Assembly (NCBI GenBank): GCA_037968875.1
Contig: JBBKWI010000108.1
Span: 2,305 to 66,304 of the forward strand
DNA from: Candidatus Sericytochromatia bacterium
GTDB taxonomy: Bacteria; Cyanobacteriota; Sericytochromatia; UBA7694
Length of the DNA: 64,000 bases
Reading direction: 5' to 3'
Positions 36,860 through 45,636 of the stretch are shown here, piece by piece. The position numbers were made by a program, and so were the translations under genes. Position 1 is the first letter of the stretch. Every line of letters begins with the position of its first letter. The notes beneath the pieces are model-generated. The model saw only the letters and a list, made by a program, of their open reading frames with translations, was not told the DNA's origin and ran no database searches.

Positions 36860-37303
36860 ATGAAATTTCAAAAAATAACACCTTATCTATGGTTTGACAA
36901 TCAGGCCCAGGCTGCGGCAAATTTTTACTGTTCAATCTTTGAAAATTCTGAGATAATTTCAGACTCTGGTATCATAGTGGATTTCAAGCTTGAAGGAATG
37001 AATTTTATTGGCTTAAATGGTGGGCCTCAGTATAAATTTAATGAATCCATCTCTTTTTACGTCTTGTGCGAAAGCCAACAAGAGATAGATAAGTTGTGGA
37101 ATGAATTGACCCAAGATGGCGGAAGCGAAGGCCAATGCGGTTGGTGTAAAGATAAATTTGGAGTGTCCTGGCAAATTGTTCCCAGTCGATTTATCAAGTT
37201 GATGAAGGCTGGCAGTCCAGCACAATCGAAGCAAATGATCGAGGCCATGATGAACATGAGCAAAATGATCATTGCGGATTTTGAAAATATTATAAAGAGT
37301 TAA
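36860..37303 (+). CDS. VOC/PhnB-like (3-dmu-9_3-mt) protein
   Basis: KITPYLWFD..A..AANFY and CGWCKDKFGVSWQIVP motifs. Confidence 0.92.
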   Translation: MKFQKITPYLWFDNQAQAAANFYCSIFENSEIISDSGIIVDFKLEGMNFIGLNGGPQYKFNESISFYVLCESQQEIDKLWNELTQDGGSEGQCGWCKDKFGVSWQIVPSRFIKLMKAGSPAQSKQMIEAMMNMSKMIIADFENIIKS

Positions 37304-37372
37304 ATAACAGCTCATTTAACTCTGATTCACGGCTTAGTGGTATAAATAATACTAATAATATAGGAGAAACAG

Positions 37373-37720
37373 ATGGAATTTAGTTACAGCGGTTTTTCTT
37401 GCGAAGCAGATATTTATCGCAATGGAGATGATATCGTCGTCAGGTTTTACAATCAGGAAAGAGAACATACGGATCAGCAAATTGTGGATCTTGTCGTCGT
37501 AGATCCCGGATTCGGTTACATGTGTTTAAAGTTTAAGGGTGAATACGGTGGGCTTTTAAGCGGATTCTTGAACGAGCGCTTCTTTATTTCAGATCAAATG
37601 GTTAAAGCAGCAATTGATTTTGTTGAGAACCTATCTCCTTTGTCAGCAAAGGTTTATCTTCCGCATCAAGTGGTTTGTTTCAAGCCAGTTTCTTACGTTG
37701 AGTATAACGGCGAGTACTGA
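37373..37720 (+). CDS. Hypothetical protein
   Basis: AGGAGA SD; AT-rich ORF; no motif recognised. Confidence 0.65.
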   Translation: MEFSYSGFSCEADIYRNGDDIVVRFYNQEREHTDQQIVDLVVVDPGFGYMCLKFKGEYGGLLSGFLNERFFISDQMVKAAIDFVENLSPLSAKVYLPHQVVCFKPVSYVEYNGEY

Positions 37721-37901
37721 TAAGCAGATTAACTGTGATTGCTTAAGGCTTTAATTATGATTTAAACACTTATAAAGCAAAAATGAGCAAGTAAACTCAA
37801 AGCATTCGCTAAGTCAAGATATATAGAGCGAGATGGATTTACTTTTTTCGTATCATATCGTAATATTTACTGTGACTAGCGACTATTTTAAAGGAAACCT
37901 T

Positions 37902-38498
37902 ATGAGCACAACCCTGGAAAACCAAATAGAAAAATTAGCTGCAGAAGCCGCAAAAATTCAAGACCAAATCCGAGAACTAAAAAAACAAATTCCCGCTGTT
38001 GACGTCGGCAATCCCAGCTTTCAAATCCCCGGGGGGGAGATTCAATTATCAGAACTCTTTGGAGAGCATTCAGAACTCATTTTGATCTTTAATATGGGCG
38101 TTTCTTGTCGCTATTGTACACTTTGGGCTGATGAATATAACGGCGTGCTGCAACATTTGCAAAGCCGAGCGGGTTTTGTGGTCAGTTCCCCTGATGCTCC
38201 CGAAACCCAGTCTGCTTTTGCTAAAAATCGCAATTGGCAGTTTCAAATGGTTCAAAGCAACCCAGACTTTCGCCAAAAATTGGGTTTCGAAAAAGAAGCT
38301 GGTGATTTCTGGCCGGGCTATTCTGTCTTTCAAAAAGATGATTCTGGCCAAATTAAACAGGTCAACAAAGACTTCTTTGGACCGGGTGATCATTATTGTG
38401 GAGTCTGGCATTTCTTGGCACATTTGCCCAGCTATAAAAACGATTGGCAACCCCAATTCAAATATGCTGACGCTGTTCTGGCAAAAGACGAAGTTTAG
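37902..38498 (+). CDS. DUF899 family thioredoxin-fold protein
   Basis: LSELFG...LILIF, CRYCTLWAD (CxxC) and VVSSPD; AAGGA SD before ATG 37902 (ORF track starts at 37833). Confidence 0.85.
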   Translation: MSTTLENQIEKLAAEAAKIQDQIRELKKQIPAVDVGNPSFQIPGGEIQLSELFGEHSELILIFNMGVSCRYCTLWADEYNGVLQHLQSRAGFVVSSPDAPETQSAFAKNRNWQFQMVQSNPDFRQKLGFEKEAGDFWPGYSVFQKDDSGQIKQVNKDFFGPGDHYCGVWHFLAHLPSYKNDWQPQFKYADAVLAKDEV

Positions 38499-38530
38499 TC
38501 AGGAAGCAAAGTGCTTGATGGTCAGTAGAT

Positions 38531-40135
38531 TTATTTACCGACGATGCTGCGCGAAACTGCTTCAGCGATACGAATCCCGTCGACTGCCGCTGAGAGAATC
38601 CCGCCTGCATAGCCAGCGCCTTCGCCCGTCGGGTAGAGTCCACGGGTATTCAGGCTCTCCAGGCTGACGTCATCACGCTTAATGCGAATCGGCGACGAGG
38701 TGCGGGTTTCGACACCAGTCAAAATAGCGTCGGCTCGATCATAGCCTTCGATTTGCTGGGCAAAAGCTGGGATCGCCTCGCGAATCGCGTCGATCACAAA
38801 GTCTGGCATGACCTCACTGAGATCACCCAGTTTGACACCTGGCGTATACGAAGGCAAAACCTCACCCCATTCGCTAGAGGGGCGACCCGCCAAAAAGTCC
38901 CCGACCAATTGGCCCGGTGCACGATAGTCCTGACCCCCAGCATCAAAGGCTCGGGACTCCCAGTAACGTTGCAGGGCCATACCAGCCAGTGGGCCATCGG
39001 GGTAGTCTTCGGGCGTGATGCCGACCACGATGCCACTATTGGCATTGCGTTCTTTGCGCGAGTACTGGCTCATGCCATTGGTGACCACACGACCTGGCTC
39101 TGAAGCGGCTGCGACTACTGTGCCACCCGGGCACATGCAGAAACTATAGACCGAGCGGCCATTGCTGGCATGGTGTACCAGCTTATAGTCCGCGGAGCCC
39201 AGCAATTCATGCCCAGCATTGACACCATAGCGGCTGCGATCGATCATACCTTGCGGGTGCTCGATCCGAAAACCAATTGAGAAGGGCTTAGCTTCGATAT
39301 AGACCCCGCGTTTGTAGATTGTTTCAAAGGTATCTCTGGCGCTGTGACCAATCGCCAGCACCAGATGGTTGGTGCTGATATGCTCGCCGTTAGCCAGAGT
39401 CACGCCCTGTATGGCACCATCGACGATATCAAAGTCATCGACGCGGGTTTCAAAGCGAATCTCGCCGCCCAGCTCGATGATTTTGGCCCGGATTTTTTCA
39501 ACCATACTGACCAGTCGAAAGGTCCCGATATGGGGTTTGCTGACATACAGAATCTCTTCGGGCGCACCTGCTAGCACAAATTCCTCGAGGACTTTGCGGC
39601 CATAATTGTGCGGATCTTGAATGCGGCTATAGAGCTTACCATCCGAAAAAGTACCGGCACCACCTTCGCCAAATTGCACGTTCGATTCTGGATGCAAGAC
39701 CTGTTTACGCCAGAGTTTAAAGGTGTCCTTGGTACGTTCGCGCACGATCTTGCCGCGTTCTAAAATCAGTGGCTTAAAGCCCGCCTGGGCCAATATTAAA
39801 CCGGCAAAAAAACCGGCTGGCCCCATTCCGATCACGACCGGTCTCTGCTTCAAATCTTCGGGGGCGTGAGCCACAAACTGATAGCGGGTATCCGGGCGCA
39901 GGCCAATGTTTTTATCATTTTTAAAGCGCGAGAGCAGCTTTTTCTCACCTTTGACTTTCAGATCGACGGTATAGACAAATAACATCTGATGCTGTTTGCG
40001 CGAATCCACCGCTTGCCGAAAAATCCGGTGCTCCAGCAAGATCTCAGGCTGGATATTTAAGCGTTTCAGAATCGCTTGTTGGAGTTCGTCTGGGCTGTGT
40101 TCAAGGGGGAGTTTCAGTTCGGTCAGTCTTAACAT
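38531..40135 (-). CDS. FAD/NAD(P)-dependent oxidoreductase (uncharacterised COG2509-type)
   Basis: VIGMGPAG, QFGEGGAGTFSDGKL, FCMCPGG, GVETRTSSP and GEGAGYAGGI motifs. Confidence 0.92.
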   Translation of the reverse strand: MLRLTELKLPLEHSPDELQQAILKRLNIQPEILLEHRIFRQAVDSRKQHQMLFVYTVDLKVKGEKKLLSRFKNDKNIGLRPDTRYQFVAHAPEDLKQRPVVIGMGPAGFFAGLILAQAGFKPLILERGKIVRERTKDTFKLWRKQVLHPESNVQFGEGGAGTFSDGKLYSRIQDPHNYGRKVLEEFVLAGAPEEILYVSKPHIGTFRLVSMVEKIRAKIIELGGEIRFETRVDDFDIVDGAIQGVTLANGEHISTNHLVLAIGHSARDTFETIYKRGVYIEAKPFSIGFRIEHPQGMIDRSRYGVNAGHELLGSADYKLVHHASNGRSVYSFCMCPGGTVVAAASEPGRVVTNGMSQYSRKERNANSGIVVGITPEDYPDGPLAGMALQRYWESRAFDAGGQDYRAPGQLVGDFLAGRPSSEWGEVLPSYTPGVKLGDLSEVMPDFVIDAIREAIPAFAQQIEGYDRADAILTGVETRTSSPIRIKRDDVSLESLNTRGLYPTGEGAGYAGGILSAAVDGIRIAEAVSRSIVGK

Positions 40136-40250
40136 AGGATACAGGGGGCTCTTTTTCTATGAATTACCTTCAGTTTAAAGCAAATCGACACGAAGTGGAG
40201 TCGGTTTGCCCACTGATTTTATGTGGTGCTCGATTTGTCAGCGGCGATGT

Positions 40251-40943
40251 TTAGCGATCTTCGTAAGAAACCGTCTCAATCGCCTGCTGGATCCGGGGGA
40301 TCTTGAGCGTCTGCTCTCCCTGAGCAATGATCTGATCACGTTTGGGGTCATATTTATAGCGAGAGATAATTTTTTTACCTGTCAGATAATTGCTGCTTTC
40401 AGTCGTCGATTCGCCAGTGGCTCGATCTCGCTCGCCCATGTCATAGCCGATCAGTATAAACTTACCGGGCTTTGCTTCATAGCGAAAACGATATAAATGA
40501 TCGGCGACATGGCGCGAACCATGATCTTGATTGACGATTAAGATGCCTTTGACGATACTGATTTCTGCTGGCGCTTCCATAACCCCATAAAAAGCGCCGC
40601 CACAAGCTGTGCATTGCAGTAAGCGTTCAGCCAGTGCCGCCCGATGCAGCCCGCCATCTTTGCGTTTAAACAGCAAAAGCAGTGCGCGATACCGATTTTT
40701 GATCTGATCGTCTGGTCCGGCTGGTTTGACCTGAATCAGTTTGACCGCAATATCTGGTAAACGATCGGCATTGAGATCGCCACTAACCTGGGCTTCGATC
40801 TGCCAACCAGAGGGTACAAAATCAGCGACATTTTGCGCATCAATTGGCATCCGTGCCCGATTCAGGGCTGGGCCTTCAGCTTGAGCAAAGACGGGCAGTG
40901 TAAACATGAGTGTGCAGATTGCAAGGACCATTGACTTGAGCAT
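40251..40943 (-). CDS. Hypothetical secreted protein
   Basis: Sec signal peptide (…PVFAQA); GDLNADRLPD calcium-blade-like motif; CxxC. Confidence 0.7.
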   Translation of the reverse strand: MLKSMVLAICTLMFTLPVFAQAEGPALNRARMPIDAQNVADFVPSGWQIEAQVSGDLNADRLPDIAVKLIQVKPAGPDDQIKNRYRALLLLFKRKDGGLHRAALAERLLQCTACGGAFYGVMEAPAEISIVKGILIVNQDHGSRHVADHLYRFRYEAKPGKFILIGYDMGERDRATGESTTESSNYLTGKKIISRYKYDPKRDQIIAQGEQTLKIPRIQQAIETVSYEDR

Positions 40944-41084
40944 GGGTTTCTCCTGAAGACAAGTAAATCTGCTCTAGTATATCCGTCCGAGGGCGAAATC
41001 GACCACTGCTCTCTGTGTAAAACCCTCTAAGATGACCATATACAATTTCTTGATCTAGCAAAGTGAGCGGGGCTTGCTTACACG

Positions 41085-42197
41085 CTAACGGCTGAGCTGC
41101 GTATGTCGGGCTTCAGGCGCTTGGCGCTTCAAGACAAATTGCCAAATCCCTTTCAGATAACCCGAGCCATAAGCGCTGTGCATCAAGACAAAAGCCGCAA
41201 AAATGGGTGCGCTGTGCGCAGCGCCAGCGGGTGCTGTGCCTGAGAAATGCTGCTTGAGCTGATGGGCTTTGTTTTTGGCCTGTCGGGCTGAGATCAGGCC
41301 GAGTAGGGTATAGAGTAGCAAAATAGCTGCGTAAAGCCAGCGAAAGGCCTTCCAAAAGCCGATTAAGACGGCTCCCAGACTCACGAAAGCCACAAAGGCA
41401 GCCGGGACCAATTGACGCAAGCTGGTGATTTGGTGGTGCTTGCAATTGACATAGACTTTCCAATAGCCATACTGAAAATACTGTTTGTACAAGTCACGGT
41501 AGCGGCTCCGTACGCTGTAGTGTAGGGCAGTTTCTGGTGTGTATAAAATTCGGTAGCCCGCCTGGCTTAAACGGAAATGGAATTCGTCATCCTGATTGCG
41601 TACCAGGGCTTGATCGAAGTGACCGACTTGCTCAAAAATTGCCCGACGATAAAGTGGAGCGGTAATCGAGTCGACCTCTTGCTCTTTTTGTAAAGTGCGC
41701 CAATTGCCCAGCCCGACCCCAAAAGGCGACATCATCGCCAGGGCGATTTGCTGACCCGTCTGGGAGCGGTATTCATGGATAGCTTGCCCTCCGACACAGG
41801 CCAATTTGGGATTGGCTTGTAGCTTTTGATAACAAACAGTTAAATAATTGGGATCCAGGATCTGTCGGGCATCGACCCGTTGGATATACTCTCCCTGAGC
41901 AGCCTGAATGCCTAAATTGAGTGCAATTGGGGTGCTGCGTGCAGGATTGTCGATTAAGCGAATCCGTAGCTGCGAATGGGCCTGTCTACTGATAAAGTCC
42001 AGCACGATAGCTTGTGTGCCATCCTGGCTATTGCCATCTATGACAATGATTTCCAGCTCAGGCCAGTGATTGTCGACGATCGCTTGCAAGGTCGCAGAGA
42101 TCGTCTCGACTTCATTGCAGCAGGGCACTATCACTGAAATTAACGGCAAGTCAGAGTGGAAGTGATCTCCGGAATCAGCCGCCGCTTCAGGCCGCAT
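41085..42197 (-). CDS. Glycosyltransferase family 2 (ExoA-like)
   Basis: ISVIVPCCNE, IDGNSQDGT, RVDAR and NQDDEF motifs; C-terminal TM helices. Confidence 0.92.
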   Translation of the reverse strand: MRPEAAADSGDHFHSDLPLISVIVPCCNEVETISATLQAIVDNHWPELEIIVIDGNSQDGTQAIVLDFISRQAHSQLRIRLIDNPARSTPIALNLGIQAAQGEYIQRVDARQILDPNYLTVCYQKLQANPKLACVGGQAIHEYRSQTGQQIALAMMSPFGVGLGNWRTLQKEQEVDSITAPLYRRAIFEQVGHFDQALVRNQDDEFHFRLSQAGYRILYTPETALHYSVRSRYRDLYKQYFQYGYWKVYVNCKHHQITSLRQLVPAAFVAFVSLGAVLIGFWKAFRWLYAAILLLYTLLGLISARQAKNKAHQLKQHFSGTAPAGAAHSAPIFAAFVLMHSAYGSGYLKGIWQFVLKRQAPEARHTQLSR

Positions 42198-43188
42198 TCA
42201 GGCTCAGTTCGGGTTCTTCGACACCGAATTGGGCCACAAAGCGATAGATCGCATCTCGGATCTCTTGATAATCACTCAGCTGACGGAGTTCGGCTTTGAG
42301 ATGCTTCAGATTGCGTACGCCTTTCAAGTAATTGCCGTAATGCTTGCCCATTTCAAGGGCACCTCGGCGTTCACCTTTGAGCTGCAAGGACAGATCGAGA
42401 TGCTCAAGCAAGACTTCCACACGCTCTTCGAGACTGGGTTCTGCTAAAAGCTGACCCGTTTTGAGATAATGCTTGGTTTGTTCAAAAATCCAGGGATTGC
42501 CATAAGTACCCCGGCCAATCATGACTCCATCAACGCCCGAGACTTCCAGCATGCGCTTGGCATCTTGCGGGGTGATCACATCGCCATTGCCAATCACAGG
42601 GATCTTAACGGCCCGTTTGACATCACCGATCATTTCCCAGTTGGCCTGGCCTTTGAATTTTTGGGTGCGGGTCCGTCCATGAATCGTCAGGGTTTGAATG
42701 CCGCAGCGCTCAAGCATCTGAGCAATTTCAATCACATTGAGTTGATCTTCACACCAGCCCAGACGGGTTTTGGCCGTTACAGGCAATTTGACGGCATCGA
42801 TCACGCCTCGCGTAATCGCTTCCATTAGTTCAGGGGTTTTCATCAGGCCGGAGCCAGCGCCTTTACCGGCCACATGTTTGCTCGGGCAACCATAGTTAAT
42901 ATCCAGAAAGTCGGGGCCAGCCGCTTCTGCGATCTTGGCGGCTTCGACCATGCTATCCACACGGTTACCATAGATCTGGATCGCAATCGGACGCTCTTCT
43001 TCGTTAATCCGTATCTTTTGCAAAGCTTGTTTGACATCCCGAATCAGTCCTTCGGAAGAGACGAATTCAGTGTAGACAATATCTGCCCCCCGGCGCTTAC
43101 AGACCAGCCGAAAAGCCAGGTCAGTAACGTCTTCCATTGGGGCTAAGAGCACGGGCGGGTGATCAAACTTGAGGTGAGCGACTTGCAT
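42187..43188 (-). CDS. dusB: tRNA dihydrouridine synthase B
   Basis: LAPMEDVT, DINYGCP, HGRTR and GVMIGRG motifs; Met at 43188 preferred over 43221. Confidence 0.93.
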   Translation of the reverse strand: MQVAHLKFDHPPVLLAPMEDVTDLAFRLVCKRRGADIVYTEFVSSEGLIRDVKQALQKIRINEEERPIAIQIYGNRVDSMVEAAKIAEAAGPDFLDINYGCPSKHVAGKGAGSGLMKTPELMEAITRGVIDAVKLPVTAKTRLGWCEDQLNVIEIAQMLERCGIQTLTIHGRTRTQKFKGQANWEMIGDVKRAVKIPVIGNGDVITPQDAKRMLEVSGVDGVMIGRGTYGNPWIFEQTKHYLKTGQLLAEPSLEERVEVLLEHLDLSLQLKGERRGALEMGKHYGNYLKGVRNLKHLKAELRQLSDYQEIRDAIYRFVAQFGVEEPELSLNAA

Positions 43189-43294
43189 AATGAACAATCC
43201 AGACAATTTTACTTGTTTCATTATTCATTAAAAATGGCTCAGGTTCAAGGGATTAGGGCGATCATTTCGCAATTTAGACCGTTTCGGCAGCGAT

Positions 43295-44383
43295 TCAAGT
43301 TTGCTTGAGCAAAGCCAGTTCTTGCTGGATCAAGGCTTTAAAAGCAAAAGGTTGGTGGCTGGGGAGTGGATTTTGACTTAATTTTTGGATCAAATGCGCA
43401 AGGGGATCCTGGGGGCTTTCTAAAAAGTGAACCCGTTCAAAGCTTTGCAGCATTTCACGACAAATTGGCAAATCTGAAGTGATCAGGGGCATACCAAAAG
43501 AGGCCAATTCACACATCATCACCCCCTGTGCATCCAAGCGAGTCGGCATCAGGGCGGCCCGATAATGGGGCAAGAGATGCAACATTTCTTCGGGATTCAA
43601 AAAGCGATCGTAAGTTCTCAGGTTAGCGGAGGGGGGGTTGTGCTCGAAATACTGTCCCCGCCCAAAAACATCAAAGCGTAAATCAGGGTGCTGACGAGCC
43701 AGTTCAGCTACTTGATCGATGGCGTATTTGGGATTATCGAGTGGGCGGATTGTGACCAGGTCGGCATTGAGCCGGGAGTGTTGCTGCCAGTGCGTCGACA
43801 AAAAGGCGGGATGCACAGCATTTGGGATCACGTGGGCATGCGCTAAAACGAGCTCTCGTTCAAGTTTGAGATTATCAAAAAAGGCTTGCTGCATCCATTC
43901 GCTGACAAAAACCAATTGCAAATGCCCCTGCTGCAGCCAATCTTTAAAACTCCGGTGTAGCAGCCTGAGTTTGACGTGATCATAGAGACGGTCAGCCAAT
44001 CTGAGCAAGGGCTGTTGGTGGCGGCTATAAGTATATGGGGCCGGGTAATAATTTTGCTTATGCAGCACTTCATGTCCATGAAAAAAGAAGATCCAACGTG
44101 GGAAGGATTGACCGTAACGCAGTAAAAAACGCCAGTGATTGCGTAAATTGGGGGCATGGGCAATTAAGTAGCTGTACTTGTTGCGCTGATTTAAATAAGC
44201 GGCTTCAGTCAAGACCTGGACGCCTTCATAATGATAGCAAGCCTGGGCTCCAAAATTGAGCACAGTGACATCTAGCCCGGCCTGCAGATAACCCAGCAGA
44301 CGGGTGTGTACATAGGCCATATTATAGCGATCGCTGAGACTGGGGTAGCCCTGAACCAGCACCAAAACAGAGGGTGTCGACAT
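43295..44383 (-). CDS. Glycosyltransferase (GT-B, family 4-like)
   Basis: FVSEW, VIPNAV and DAQGVMMCELASFGMPLITSDL (E-x7-E-like donor motif region). Confidence 0.8.
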   Translation of the reverse strand: MSTPSVLVLVQGYPSLSDRYNMAYVHTRLLGYLQAGLDVTVLNFGAQACYHYEGVQVLTEAAYLNQRNKYSYLIAHAPNLRNHWRFLLRYGQSFPRWIFFFHGHEVLHKQNYYPAPYTYSRHQQPLLRLADRLYDHVKLRLLHRSFKDWLQQGHLQLVFVSEWMQQAFFDNLKLERELVLAHAHVIPNAVHPAFLSTHWQQHSRLNADLVTIRPLDNPKYAIDQVAELARQHPDLRFDVFGRGQYFEHNPPSANLRTYDRFLNPEEMLHLLPHYRAALMPTRLDAQGVMMCELASFGMPLITSDLPICREMLQSFERVHFLESPQDPLAHLIQKLSQNPLPSHQPFAFKALIQQELALLKQT

Positions 44384-44540
44384 ATGGTTTCAGTTTACCG
44401 GCTTTTTTCGTTTTTGGGATCGCAAGTCGCGCTTGCAGCTGCCGATCAAACTTTTTAGATGCTGTGCTTGAAGCGTGTTAAAATAAGGCTTCAACACTAG
44501 CCATGGGCAGTCTAAACCAATCGAAAGTGGGGCTTGAGCG

Positions 44541-45563
44541 ATTCGCATTTTATATCTGGGAATCTTTAGTGCCAATCCACTTGGGGGTGATCTTTTATTC
44601 AGAAAAGGCTTGCTTGCCAATGGCTGTCAGGTGACTAGCGTTAATTACCGACCGCTTATCCTGAGTTGGGGACCCGCTCGATTTCAACGGCATCTCGCAG
44701 AAATCGTCAAGGGCCACGACCTGCTCTTTATTGGCAAAGGCCTATACCTGACCCCTGAGATCTTACGGAGCGTTAGGCAGCAGGGCATACCGGTATTGCT
44801 GTGGTATGGCGATATTCGTCCCCAGCCTGAGCCCTGGCTGATTGATCTGCTTGCTGAAGTCGATGCTTTTTTTATGTCATCACGTGGCGAGGTGCTTGCA
44901 CATTATTTTAAACAAGGCCGGCCTCAATTGGCCGCCTATTACTTTAACCCCGCCGATCCTGATCTGGCCCTGGTCAACCCTCCGCTTGAACGAGAGTACG
45001 AAGTGAGTTTTACCGCCCGCTTTTCGCGAATAGAAAGCCCCGAACGTCAGGCGGTGATCCAGGCCCTCAAAAACCGCCCAGAAGTCCATTTTTTTGGCGG
45101 TGCGGATCGTTCCTGGGCCTACAATATCGGCTTGCGTGTGCTGCGTCGGCTCAAACCGATGGCTTTGCCCAATGAGGTCGCCGATCAGGCTTATATTGAG
45201 GTGATTCGACGCACTGGCATCGGGATTGGTATCAATGCTTTGCCCGATATCCCGGGCTATAGCAGCGACCGTCTGGTCAATTATCTCAATTTTGGTAGCT
45301 GCTTTTTGAGTGCCTGGTTCCCAGGTGTAGAAACTCTATTTGCTGTTGGTCAGGAGCTGCTTGTGTTTCATAGTTTGGCTGAGATGGATGACCTACTCAA
45401 TTATTACACGCAGAATCCGGCTGCAAGGGATCAGATCGGGCTGGCGGGCCAGGCCCGGGTGCTTAGCGATTATTCAGCCCAGGCCATTACGCGCATGATG
45501 CTGAACACCCTGAAGCAACGTCATACAAAGGATTATGAATGGTCTGAGTGTCTGCGGCTTTGA
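44541..45563 (+). CDS. CgeB/Glyco_trans_1_2-type glycosyltransferase with an anomalous start
   Basis: YSSDRLVNYLNFGSCFLS and LLVFHSLAE..D...YY motifs. The frame stays open upstream of TTG 44610 to an in-frame TGA at 44535, giving IRILYLGIF at 44541. Confidence 0.8.
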   Translation: MRILYLGIFSANPLGGDLLFRKGLLANGCQVTSVNYRPLILSWGPARFQRHLAEIVKGHDLLFIGKGLYLTPEILRSVRQQGIPVLLWYGDIRPQPEPWLIDLLAEVDAFFMSSRGEVLAHYFKQGRPQLAAYYFNPADPDLALVNPPLEREYEVSFTARFSRIESPERQAVIQALKNRPEVHFFGGADRSWAYNIGLRVLRRLKPMALPNEVADQAYIEVIRRTGIGIGINALPDIPGYSSDRLVNYLNFGSCFLSAWFPGVETLFAVGQELLVFHSLAEMDDLLNYYTQNPAARDQIGLAGQARVLSDYSAQAITRMMLNTLKQRHTKDYEWSECLRL

Positions 45564-45636
45564 TTAGAATCTGTTGGCGTCAACTTTAGGCGTTGGCAAA
45601 ACGGATCCGCTTTTAACTTAATAGAGCGACATTTAC

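Noticed and set aside
44327-44334. HIP1 (GCGATCGC) enrichment as a cyanobacterial hallmark
   Set aside because: I saw only one exact octamer, and the roughly twenty CGATCG sites spotted by eye are near chance expectation for 64 kb; a computed count would be needed.
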